From the IMG/VR virus record IMGVR_UViG_3300036831_000067, positions 8,082 to 72,081 of that record: DNA of 64,000 nucleotides. The stretch is one strand, 5' to 3'. The position numbers and the translations under genes were made by a program. The DNA comes from a virus. Below, piece after piece: positions 8,423 to 17,554 of the stretch. The first letter of the stretch is position 1, and every line of letters starts with the position of its first letter. A model generated the notes under the pieces. The model ran no database searches. It was not told the origin of the DNA and saw only the letters and a program-made list of their open reading frames with translations.

Positions 8423-8857
8423 GTGAGCGTGTTCTCTCCCCTGCAGCATTCGTCGTGGCACTGGCACCCCCGCGTCAAGACCGGTGGCCAGCTTCCGATC
8501 GCCGACCGCGCCGTGGACACGGTGGTGGCCTTCCTCGGATCGTTTCGGTATCTGGCGTGGCAGACGGTCGCCCTGGTGATATGGGTGCTATTGAACGTGC
8601 GTTGGGCGATCCCCCAACTGATGATGCATCCCTGGGACCCGTACCCGTTCATCTTCTTGAACCTGGCGATGAGCGCGCAGGCCGCCTATGCAGCTCCGTT
8701 GATCCTGGCGGCCGGTATCCGCGCGGACGCCAAGCGTGAAGCAGTGGCGGCCGAGACCCATGAGGGTGTGGCGGAGCTGCGCCAGCACGCTCAGGAGAGC
8801 CGCGCGCAACTGCGCGAACTGCAGGACAAGGTTGACCGGTTGGTGGCGCACCTGTAA
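8423..8857 (+). CDS. DUF1003-family membrane protein
   Basis: Signature 'FLGS...WDPYPFIFLNLAMSAQAAYAAPLIL'; two TM segments. Confidence 0.85.
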   Translation: MSVFSPLQHSSWHWHPRVKTGGQLPIADRAVDTVVAFLGSFRYLAWQTVALVIWVLLNVRWAIPQLMMHPWDPYPFIFLNLAMSAQAAYAAPLILAAGIRADAKREAVAAETHEGVAELRQHAQESRAQLRELQDKVDRLVAHL

Positions 8858-8885
8858 CCCGTCTACTTTGCGCACAGATAAAGAG
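8852..8885 (+). promoter_or_regulatory. Candidate phage late-promoter motif (variant)
   Basis: CCTGT-N24-AAAGAG before the 1286-aa gene. Confidence 0.45.
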
Positions 8886-8920
8886 AAAGGGCAGTTATCT
8901 GGCGGAATCAGGGGTCGAAA

Positions 8921-11900
8921 ATGTCCACTTCAGCGAGTCTAGGGATGTTCGAGATCGATGCGGCATCCGGTATCCAGGAACAGATCAACCAGCAGCAGGC
9001 TCTCGACAAGCTAGCCGCTGCCGCTTACGACGTGCGCGAGCGCTTCGGCGAGTTCCTGTTTCAGGCCGCTTCCGTCGAGGAGTTCCGCGACCGGGTGGCC
9101 CTGGTCAAAAACGACGCCATGAAGGTGATCGATAAGCACCTGATGCCGGTGACCGGCGTGGTGCGCCGGGTGATGGGTCGCAACTCTGAGCTGGAGAAGG
9201 AGTTCCGGTCCCAGCTCGGTGTGCTCAAGGGCGCCCCCGACAGCGGCAACACCGACGACGGCCGTTTGCACGGTCCCTTCGCGGGTTATGACGACTGGGA
9301 GGACTGCACCTCCAAGAACTCCGACAAGGGTGACCCGGACGCCTACTGCGGGCAGATTTATCACCAGGTGGAGGAGGGCCGCAAGGACAAGGGCGAGCCC
9401 CTGACCGACTTCCAGGACAAGCAGTCCCGGCGCCGACGCGCCCAGGGCGCCGGGGGTATCGATGACGAAACCTTCCACACCGGTGAGACCCCCGGCAATA
9501 TCGGAATGGATCCCGGGTCGGCCAGCCCTTCGGCGACCGGTCTTCAGGACCAGACCCTGCGATCGGCGCACCGTGTGGCGTATGAGGACAGTGGCCCCAC
9601 CCGGGCGCTGTGGCGCGGCAAGCCGGTCAAGCCCCAGAACGACAAGGGATATCACCCCCACGGTGACGAGTGGGAGAGGGTCCCCAATGCCGGATACCCC
9701 CTCGACGAGGAGGGTCGCGAGATCACTTCGGAGGACCGCCACGATCCCGAATGGGAGAACGTGCTGCACGAGCGCCAGCGCCGGGAGAAGGCCAAGAAGC
9801 CACCGCGCCCTCAGCCCCGTGACCACGGCGAGCAGTACTTCCGCGATCAGACGCGTCGTAGCCAGAAGACGGCGACTGTGGTGCCCGGTGACCGCGTGGA
9901 ACTTCACCCCGCCACCGACGCCTGGATGAGTGGTGACAGGTACGGAGAGGTTCAACACGTCACTCCCACCCACGCGCATGTGCTGATGGACCGCAGTGGG
10001 AAGACGAGAAAAATCCCGCACGAGATGTACAGGTACGTCGACAAGCATGGCGAAAAGGATGTCTATGGCCGCCGTACGGCGCGGCCGTTTGCGGATTTCC
10101 GTGATGCCATCGACGAGGACCGGCCGTTCACTCCCGAGGAGGAGGAGGCTTCGGCTCGGCAATACCGCGAGCGTCCGCCCATCCACTTCGACCCGCGCGC
10201 GGCCCGGCGCCGCCAGGCTGAGGAGGAGGGCCGCCCCCTTCTGGATACTGACGAGACCTTCGAGGATCACCAGGGCGAAGAGTTGGAGCCTGAGGGTGAC
10301 TTCAAGGGTTACCTCAGCGACGTCGACCAGGGCGCCCCGGAGAAGATCGACGATAACTTCGTCGACAATCCCGATGCCCGAGAGCACACCGAGAACCCGG
10401 CCACCAGTGGGGACTTCGCCAAGGCCTCCTCGGTCTATCGCCAGTTCGTCGCCTTTTGCCGACACAACCGGTTGCCTCTTCACCTGGGCACTTTGGAGCG
10501 CCATGGCCGCAGGCTGTCTGATCGGGACTATCTGATCATCGCGCGCCAGATGCAGGCCGAGACATACCAGGGCGAGGGCGACGTTGAAAAGAAGTCGGGT
10601 CCCTTCGCCGGGCCGCACGGTTCCTTTCCGGTAGGTACCCCTGAGGATCTGGATCACGCCAAGGATGTCTGCAATATGCCCTCGGTGAAGTCCAAGCACC
10701 CGGGCACCTGCGAGAGCATCGAGAAGCGGCAGAAACCGGCGCGGCGCCAGAAAGACAGGGGTTCCAGCCGCCGTCGCACCGCTCAGCCCGACTATTTGCA
10801 AAAGGCCGATGAGGCGCTGACGAATCTGCTCAACCAACGTGCCGAGCAGTTCCAGGAGGAGGTCGCCCCCTTCCAGCAGGCGCTACAGACCGTGCAGCAG
10901 GCCGAGCAGGCCGTGCAGGCGCAGAACCCGTTGCAGGTGCAGCCACCGGCCGGGACGGTCAACGTGCTGCCTGACCAGGGTGGCCAGGGTGCAGACCAGG
11001 GTATGCCACCGGCTGACCAGGGTGCCCCGCCACCGGCGGCGGCCGAGCAGGGTGGCTTGCCCCCTGACCAGGGCGCCATGCCTCCTCAGGTGGCCGGTAA
11101 GCAGCGTAAGCGAGGTGGTCAGGGAAAAGGTAAGGCCCGGCGCCGCCGGGCCGACAGCCGCCAGGATCGCCACGGTGGCGTGATCGACCACTTCCAAAAC
11201 TGGCTCAAGCAGCGTGGCGAGCTGGGCCGGGGCGGCTGGCCCGACATCGAGGCCTGGGCCAACGAGAACAACATCGGTGAGCGCGGCAAATCGATGGTGC
11301 ACCAGCATCTCTACGGGCCGCAGACAACGCAGCCAACGGCGGGTCGCCACGATGCTCCGCCCTCCTCCCTCACCGATGAGGACCGCTATCAGCAGTGGGC
11401 GGCCGAGCAGGGCCGTGATCCAGATGACTGGGACACCTTCATTCATCACCAGTTCCAGCCCGGTCGGCATGAGGGAAGACGCAAGCAGGCCTGGCAGGGC
11501 TGGGGACCCGTCCCGCAGAACGATCACCGCCGGGTGGCGGGCTGGGACTGGAACGATTACCTCAATGCCTATACCGCCGGTGCCCCGGCCAGGTTCGCCT
11601 GTGAGTGCGGGGAAGCCTTTGACATACCGAGTGGCTTCCACACCTGTCGGTGCGGCAAGCAGTGGAACTCCTGCGTGATCGGAAGTGGGGGCGCCAATCA
11701 CGAGGCCAGTGCCGAGCAGTACCTGGTGCGTGAGATCCCGGTCAGGCCCGGGGTGGTGGTGGCCAACCGCCGGTCCAAGTTTGTCGGCTACGACGAGGAC
11801 GACGACTTCGATGATGACCGGCCCCCAGAAAGGAAGCGAAACCGCTTCCAGGATGACGCGTGGCGCAATCGTGGCATCGACGACGACCAGCTGGGTAACG

Positions 11901-12781
11901 CGGTGATCCGCCATCACGGGGTTGATTTAGCACAGTACGGGCTCGATCCCGGCACCCTGCACGACTATGGCCCGACCTTTCAGGCGCTGGCCGACCACAT
12001 CACCGGTCTCGGCCACGAGTATTCGGGACACCTCAACGATCTCTACCACGACGTGCACCACGTCTATCACAACTACGGCAAGGACTGGGCGAACCAGGCC
12101 AAGGACTGGACCGACCGCCATGTTCGTCAGTTCGGCAAGCCGCCGTCCACCGAGGACCTGGTATCGCATGCCCGCGACTTCCTGGAACAGCACCCCGGCC
12201 TTGTCCAGGTCCACGCTTCGCGGCGGCATCGCGCCGCGCATCCCCCGCTCTCCGGCAAGGCCAGTTGCCAGCACTGCTGGAACGAGTCGCAGGAGCGCGG
12301 CGCGTCGAACACTCCCTACCTGGACCTGCTCAAGAGCCGCCACCACAGTGAGCTGACACACCAGTTCCACCAGGACCGTTACCTGGAACAGCAGCGCCAG
12401 AACGCCAAGCCTCGGGGCCCGGGCAGGAGACGCGATCGTGCGGCCGGGTATGCCGATGAGCATCCCGAGGCCTTCCCTTACGAGCACCTCAAGCCCGGGG
12501 AGGATCCCTTCGCCGATCGTCCGCGCTTCCCCAAGCAACATCCCCCGCCCGAGTATCTGCCGCACGAGGACGAGGACTATGACCGGGTAGCGCGACGTAA
12601 ACGTCGCCGGGCGGCCGGGGATCACGAGGCCATCGAGGGCGAGGAGGAGGAGCCGTTCAACAACCCACCCCACCGGGTGCCCACCTTCGCCACCCCTGAC
12701 GACTGGCACCGGCGTGACCCGAAGGGCAAGTGGACCCCCAAGAGCCCGGGCCCGCGCAAGAGACACCGGACGATGTCGTGA
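8921..12781 (+). CDS. Large mosaic head-associated protein (candidate protease-processed polyprotein)
   Basis: 1286 aa upstream of the portal. Short modules are separated by about a dozen basic-run/[KR]xA motifs. Includes a Cys pair module (PFAGY..DC..N..DPDAYC), an SH3-like module and a CxC...CxC Zn ribbon. Confidence 0.8.
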   Translation: MSTSASLGMFEIDAASGIQEQINQQQALDKLAAAAYDVRERFGEFLFQAASVEEFRDRVALVKNDAMKVIDKHLMPVTGVVRRVMGRNSELEKEFRSQLGVLKGAPDSGNTDDGRLHGPFAGYDDWEDCTSKNSDKGDPDAYCGQIYHQVEEGRKDKGEPLTDFQDKQSRRRRAQGAGGIDDETFHTGETPGNIGMDPGSASPSATGLQDQTLRSAHRVAYEDSGPTRALWRGKPVKPQNDKGYHPHGDEWERVPNAGYPLDEEGREITSEDRHDPEWENVLHERQRREKAKKPPRPQPRDHGEQYFRDQTRRSQKTATVVPGDRVELHPATDAWMSGDRYGEVQHVTPTHAHVLMDRSGKTRKIPHEMYRYVDKHGEKDVYGRRTARPFADFRDAIDEDRPFTPEEEEASARQYRERPPIHFDPRAARRRQAEEEGRPLLDTDETFEDHQGEELEPEGDFKGYLSDVDQGAPEKIDDNFVDNPDAREHTENPATSGDFAKASSVYRQFVAFCRHNRLPLHLGTLERHGRRLSDRDYLIIARQMQAETYQGEGDVEKKSGPFAGPHGSFPVGTPEDLDHAKDVCNMPSVKSKHPGTCESIEKRQKPARRQKDRGSSRRRTAQPDYLQKADEALTNLLNQRAEQFQEEVAPFQQALQTVQQAEQAVQAQNPLQVQPPAGTVNVLPDQGGQGADQGMPPADQGAPPPAAAEQGGLPPDQGAMPPQVAGKQRKRGGQGKGKARRRRADSRQDRHGGVIDHFQNWLKQRGELGRGGWPDIEAWANENNIGERGKSMVHQHLYGPQTTQPTAGRHDAPPSSLTDEDRYQQWAAEQGRDPDDWDTFIHHQFQPGRHEGRRKQAWQGWGPVPQNDHRRVAGWDWNDYLNAYTAGAPARFACECGEAFDIPSGFHTCRCGKQWNSCVIGSGGANHEASAEQYLVREIPVRPGVVVANRRSKFVGYDEDDDFDDDRPPERKRNRFQDDAWRNRGIDDDQLGNAVIRHHGVDLAQYGLDPGTLHDYGPTFQALADHITGLGHEYSGHLNDLYHDVHHVYHNYGKDWANQAKDWTDRHVRQFGKPPSTEDLVSHARDFLEQHPGLVQVHASRRHRAAHPPLSGKASCQHCWNESQERGASNTPYLDLLKSRHHSELTHQFHQDRYLEQQRQNAKPRGPGRRRDRAAGYADEHPEAFPYEHLKPGEDPFADRPRFPKQHPPPEYLPHEDEDYDRVARRKRRRAAGDHEAIEGEEEEPFNNPPHRVPTFATPDDWHRRDPKGKWTPKSPGPRKRHRTMS

Positions 12782-13149
12782 TCGCCTCGGTGTGTCACAG
12801 CTGTAAGAAGCTGGCCGACGTGGTATATACCGACAGGCTGGGACTGGGGTACTGCGTTCGGTGCCTGCCCAGCCTCCCGGTGACCAGCGAGATGCTGGGC
12901 CTGCAGTACCTGATGACGACAGTGCCGTTCAAGGAGGGCGATCGCGTGCAGTGCCGGACCGGCGGAGTCATCTTCGACGGCGTCGGCACCGTGCAGGAGG
13001 TCTCCTTCGACCTGGAGCATGGCGGCACGCTGATCTTCCCGATGTTCCGGGTGAGCATCGATGAGCCCGCCGACGAGCTGAGCCCGGCCGAGGGTTGGTA
13101 CAGTGAAATTTGTTTAGCTAGGGTAAAAGATGACGCTCACAGTAGCTGA
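12778..13149 (+). CDS. Hypothetical protein (CxxC pairs plus SH3/KOW-like 'FKEGDRV' domain)
   Basis: GTGA coupling at 12778; CHSC and CVRC. Confidence 0.65.
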   Translation: MIASVCHSCKKLADVVYTDRLGLGYCVRCLPSLPVTSEMLGLQYLMTTVPFKEGDRVQCRTGGVIFDGVGTVQEVSFDLEHGGTLIFPMFRVSIDEPADELSPAEGWYSEICLARVKDDAHSS

Positions 13150-13582
13150 ACGGGCGGAATCGTATCGACAGCGGGGATTGAGAATAGGTGCTGTCCAGAA
13201 GGGCATACCTAAGATCCGGTGTCAGCCAGGTTGTCAATGCAATAAGCATCGTGATGGAACCCAAGGCCGACGTTTCAACAAGCAGAAAGGTTACTTTGTT
13301 CTAGTTGGCATCGTTCACCCTTTGACCGGTCGAGGTGAATTAAGTGGTCCTGTTTTCGAACATCGAATGGTTTTGTGGGACAAGCTCGGATGTCGGTCTC
13401 TGGATTGTGTTCATCCGTGTTATTGGTGCGGGAAACCTTTAATCTGGGCAACGATTAAGGCTGATCATCTTGATGGAGACAGGCTCAATAACGATCCTGA
13501 GAATTTAGAGCCTTCCTGTAATTCCTGCAACATTCGACGCGGAAGGGCTGGTAGCCCGATCGACTGGAAGCCCACGCGATGA
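13130..13582 (+). CDS. HNH homing endonuclease, free-standing
   Basis: EHR...CYWCG...DHLDGDRLNNDPENLEPSCNSCN; lower GC than flanks; overlaps both neighbours. Confidence 0.9.
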   Translation: MTLTVAERAESYRQRGLRIGAVQKGIPKIRCQPGCQCNKHRDGTQGRRFNKQKGYFVLVGIVHPLTGRGELSGPVFEHRMVLWDKLGCRSLDCVHPCYWCGKPLIWATIKADHLDGDRLNNDPENLEPSCNSCNIRRGRAGSPIDWKPTR

Positions 13583-16134
13583 CCGCACCCTTCACCGTCA
13601 ACGACCGGCGCGGTACCCGGCGCACCGCCTCCGGGCTCTACGTCGGCAACGCGGACCAGGAGTTCAGCCGGTTACGCCAGGCGGGCTACACGTTGCCCAG
13701 CTCCAGGGTGCAGGCCCGGTTGGAGGCTCGCCGGGTCGCCGACACGGTGACCGGCGGATCGATGGTCGACAGCCACAACCGGGCGATGATGTCGCAGATG
13801 CGCCGGGCCAAGATGGCCAGCCTGCGTACCGGGGCCAATATCCAGCTGGCATTGCCCAAGCTGCGTAGTCCTCTGGGCAGCCTCGAAGACAAGGGCATCC
13901 CGTTCAATGTCGAGGATCCCAAGGAATTATCCGAATGTCGCCGCTGGGCCCGGGCCTTTTACGTCACCCATGACCTGGTGCCGTTACTGGTCGACATCTA
14001 TGCACGATTCCCGTTGGTGGGTCTGGAGTTCAAATCGACGGACTCGCTGATCGAGAAATTCTATACGGCCATGTTCCTGGACAATTTGGACTACGAGAAT
14101 TTTCTTCCCGACTGTCTGGGCCGTGAATACTACATCGCCGGGGAAGTCACCTCGCTGGCTCATTTCAATGAGTCCCTGGGCATCTGGTCCTCCGAGGAGG
14201 TCCTCAACCCCGACTTCGTGCGGGTATCCAAGAGCGTGTTCATCGAGGAGGAGCGTGTCCAGCTGCTCGTCAAATCGATGGTCGAGAGCCTGCGCGACGG
14301 TCCCAAGGGCTCACCGTCTGAAGAGTCGCGCTCCGAGCGCGAGGAGCGCACCTTCGAGTACCGCCAGCTGGTCAAGTACTACCCCGAACTGATCCGCGCC
14401 GCCCAGCAGGACGACGGCCTGGACATCAGCCCGGCGCTGTGGAGCCGCATCGTCAACAAGGCCGCCCCGTGGGAGGACCGGGGAACCCCGTTCCTGCTGC
14501 GCTCTTACCGGACCCTGATGATGGAGGAGAGCCTCAACGCCGCCCAGGACGCGGTAGCCGACCGGCTCTACAGCCCGATGATCCTGGCCACCCTCGGCAT
14601 CGAGAACATGGGCGACGGACTGCCCTGGATTCCCGACCAGGACGATCTCGACGCCCTGCGCGACGACATGCAGAACGCCTTGGCGGCCGATTTCAAGCTG
14701 GTCTGCCACCACATGGGTCTCAACGTCCAGAACGTGTTCGGTCGCGAGAGCGTCCCCCGATTCGACCAGGACTACGAGCGCATCGACCTCAAGCTGATGC
14801 AGGCCTGGGGGATTGGCTCGGCCTTGATCATGGGCGGTACCGCAGCGGCGGGCACCTACGCCTCCAGTGCCCTGAACCGCGAGGTCTGCGAGTTGCTGAT
14901 GAAGTCCTTCCAGAAGAAGGTCATCAAGCACATCAAGCAGCGCATGGAGGTCATCGCCGAGGCCCAGGAGCACTATGCCTACGAGAAGAAGGGCGGCTAC
15001 CGGCGCCCGCTGTACCGCGAGGTGGTGCAGTTCAACGAGGAGACGGGTGAAGAGGAAATCGTGAGGGTGCCCGAACTGCTGACGCCTGACGTGGAGTTCC
15101 GCACCCTCAATCTGCGCGACGAGGCCCAGGAACGCCAGTTCATGATCATGCTCAAGGAGCACGGCCTGCCGATCTCCGATAAGAGCATGGCCATCAACAC
15201 GCCGATCGATTTTGAGCAGGAATTGCCGCGCACCTCCGATGAGACCGTCGACAAGATCGTGGCCCAGGCCGAGGCACTCGGGAAGGCCCAGGAGATCGTC
15301 GACGCCAAGAAGCTGCCCTACCCGCAGGACCTGGCCACCTTCCTCACCAACACCCTGCTGTTGCGCCAGCAGTTGGCGCAGACCCAGATCATGGAGGCCC
15401 AGGCCAAGATGGCTTCCCCGGAGGGTCAGGCCCAGGCCGCGCTGGCACAGGCCGGGGCTGGGGGAGAGCAGCAGGAGGGTGCTCAGCCCGCGCTTCCCCC
15501 CGGAATGCCGATGCCCGGCGCGGGAGCAGAGGAGGGCGGCGCCCCGCCGCAGGGTCCTATGGCTGGACCACCCCCGGCAGGCGCCCCGATGCAGATGGGG
15601 GCGGCGGTCACCAATGGAAAGCCGTCGCCCTTCACGGTGTTCGGGCCGTCGGCGGCCGCGCCCGGTGTGCTGCCACCGGAGATGGAGTTCCCTGACGCCG
15701 ACACCGAGACGGAGACCACCGTGACCCCTTCCAAACGCAACTGGGACCAGCCCATGCGCAACTGGGCCCGGCCCACCGAGAGTGACGATCTGAAGTCCAA
15801 CATGCCGCGACGGGCCAAACGAAATGGCGACGAGATCCGTCCGCTTTCCACGCTGGAGGTGGGCCCCAGCTCCCAGGGCCATTCCCGGCGCGTCACCAGA
15901 GCCCAGGTGCACGCGGCGATTCAGCGCATGGAGGCCCAGGCCTCCCCGCCCTCGGTCGAGGAGCTGGTCAACAGTCCCAAGTTCTATGCGCTGACCAACA
16001 TGGGTGCCTACGAGGGCCAGATCCGGGCGGACTTCGCCGAGATCATGGCCGGTGGCGCCGAGGATTCCCGGGATCTGCTCGAGGACACGCTGGAACGCTA
16101 CGAACATCTGACGGGAGTGAGGCCGGTGTGGTAG
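13579..16134 (+). CDS. Portal protein with C-terminal low-complexity extension
   Basis: Position in head module; portal-like core (RGTPFLLRSYRTL...) and a Pro/Gly-rich tail, as in cluster C-type portals (from synteny and recall). Confidence 0.8.
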   Translation: MTAPFTVNDRRGTRRTASGLYVGNADQEFSRLRQAGYTLPSSRVQARLEARRVADTVTGGSMVDSHNRAMMSQMRRAKMASLRTGANIQLALPKLRSPLGSLEDKGIPFNVEDPKELSECRRWARAFYVTHDLVPLLVDIYARFPLVGLEFKSTDSLIEKFYTAMFLDNLDYENFLPDCLGREYYIAGEVTSLAHFNESLGIWSSEEVLNPDFVRVSKSVFIEEERVQLLVKSMVESLRDGPKGSPSEESRSEREERTFEYRQLVKYYPELIRAAQQDDGLDISPALWSRIVNKAAPWEDRGTPFLLRSYRTLMMEESLNAAQDAVADRLYSPMILATLGIENMGDGLPWIPDQDDLDALRDDMQNALAADFKLVCHHMGLNVQNVFGRESVPRFDQDYERIDLKLMQAWGIGSALIMGGTAAAGTYASSALNREVCELLMKSFQKKVIKHIKQRMEVIAEAQEHYAYEKKGGYRRPLYREVVQFNEETGEEEIVRVPELLTPDVEFRTLNLRDEAQERQFMIMLKEHGLPISDKSMAINTPIDFEQELPRTSDETVDKIVAQAEALGKAQEIVDAKKLPYPQDLATFLTNTLLLRQQLAQTQIMEAQAKMASPEGQAQAALAQAGAGGEQQEGAQPALPPGMPMPGAGAEEGGAPPQGPMAGPPPAGAPMQMGAAVTNGKPSPFTVFGPSAAAPGVLPPEMEFPDADTETETTVTPSKRNWDQPMRNWARPTESDDLKSNMPRRAKRNGDEIRPLSTLEVGPSSQGHSRRVTRAQVHAAIQRMEAQASPPSVEELVNSPKFYALTNMGAYEGQIRADFAEIMAGGAEDSRDLLEDTLERYEHLTGVRPVW

Positions 16135-16601
16135 CCCTACTGCGCGATCTCAAAACGGCGACGATCCGGTCCCTGCGTCTGATCGCCGGGGTGGCCGATC
16201 TAGTGGCCGATGCCTGGGCCCCTCTCGAGACTCCGCCGGTCTCGCTGACCGACGAAGTTCCCGAGATCAAGACGGCCGTCGAGGAGGTGAACCTCCCACG
16301 TGTACAGTTCGGATTGCGGTTGCCCAATGGAGAGATTGTTTGGGACACCGAGCTGTACCAAAACCGAGGACTGGCCACCACCGAGCAACGCGCAGCGTTA
16401 TTGGTGGCACTGCGCCAGACGGCGGTTGATCTAAGTTTTCCCGAGCAAGATTTTCTGGGGTTCTACGGTTGGGCCCGGCGGTTGTGCTGGCCCCGGACTG
16501 GAGAGGTGGGGGAAGAGGTCGACGTGGTTCCGATGTTCGCACCAGACCCGGTGTCGCTGGGAAGTACCAATGGAAATGTTGAAAGCCCGTTGCCCACATA
16601 G
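16128..16601 (+). CDS. Hypothetical protein
   Basis: ORF overlapping the portal stop, GGGAG upstream. Confidence 0.6.
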   Translation: MVALLRDLKTATIRSLRLIAGVADLVADAWAPLETPPVSLTDEVPEIKTAVEEVNLPRVQFGLRLPNGEIVWDTELYQNRGLATTEQRAALLVALRQTAVDLSFPEQDFLGFYGWARRLCWPRTGEVGEEVDVVPMFAPDPVSLGSTNGNVESPLPT

Positions 16602-16653
16602 GGTTCCGGAGTACGGTGTTCATGATCCCCCTCCTACAGAAAGTTGATCCGCG

Positions 16654-16950
16654 ATGCCGCGTACCACAGATGTCTACTATCTGACGCTGCCGGTAGACAG
16701 TATTGACCAGGGCACCAGTCTGGCCGATTACCTCACCAAACATGGTGTGCATGCGGAGGTGGAACTGCCGGACGGCGTGTTGTGTCCCGTCGAGGAGATG
16801 TCGGCCACCGGGTTGATCCAGCAGCTGCACCAACACTGGAAGCTCTACTGGCAACATTCCGATGCCGAGTTGTTCGGTTTGCCGGTGTTCGTCAAGCCGA
16901 CTCAGGAACCGTCCGGTTGTACCGAATGTAACCGGTCGCAATGTGACTGA
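16654..16950 (+). CDS. Hypothetical protein
   Basis: 98-aa ORF overlapping the next gene. Confidence 0.65.
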   Translation: MPRTTDVYYLTLPVDSIDQGTSLADYLTKHGVHAEVELPDGVLCPVEEMSATGLIQQLHQHWKLYWQHSDAELFGLPVFVKPTQEPSGCTECNRSQCD

Positions 16951-17512
16951 TTTCTACCGGAGGGCCGACGCCTCCCAGGCGCAGGCCACCGGAGGCATGG
17001 TGGCCTTGTTCCCCCGGTCGGACTACGCCGAGATGCTGGCTGTGCCCGGTGGCGAGGACATCGATGCGCTGCACTGCACCCTGGCCTTTCTCGGCCAGGA
17101 TGTCACCGACATGTCCGACGGGAACCTGGGAGCGGCCGTGGGCGCCATCGCCGATTCCTACACCTCGATCGAGGCCAACGTCTTCGGGCACGCCATCTTC
17201 AACCCCGACGCACCCGGTGACGGAGACGATCCGGCCGGGGTGTACTTGTTGACCGATTCCCCCGAACTGGACAAGGTCTACAACGAAATCATCGATGCCG
17301 TCGAAGGCGCCTTTCCGATACCCGAGCAGCACGTTCCCTGGATCCCTCACGTGACTTGCAGCTACGGGCGCCCGCCCCTGGTCGGGCAGTACACCGGGCC
17401 GATCATCTTCGACCGGCTGGGCTTCGCGTTCGCCGGTGACACCAGCTTCTACCCCCTGGTGGGGGCAAGCCTTAACGCTTCGGTAGCCAGCTTGACACCC
17501 TGGTCCCTGTAG
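16943..17512 (+). CDS. 2H phosphoesterase (2'-5' RNA ligase/Acb1-like fold)
   Basis: Two HxT motifs, LHCTLAF and PHVTCSY, about 95 aa apart; GTG 16943 start. Confidence 0.8.
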   Translation: MTDFYRRADASQAQATGGMVALFPRSDYAEMLAVPGGEDIDALHCTLAFLGQDVTDMSDGNLGAAVGAIADSYTSIEANVFGHAIFNPDAPGDGDDPAGVYLLTDSPELDKVYNEIIDAVEGAFPIPEQHVPWIPHVTCSYGRPPLVGQYTGPIIFDRLGFAFAGDTSFYPLVGASLNASVASLTPWSL

Positions 17513-17539
17513 ATCGGCCGCCTCCCGCCCAAAAAAGGG
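17507..17539 (+). promoter_or_regulatory. Candidate phage late-promoter motif
   Basis: CCCTGT-N23-AAAGGG then AGGAGG RBS. Confidence 0.6.
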
Positions 17540-17554
17540 TAGGAGGATGCCGCG

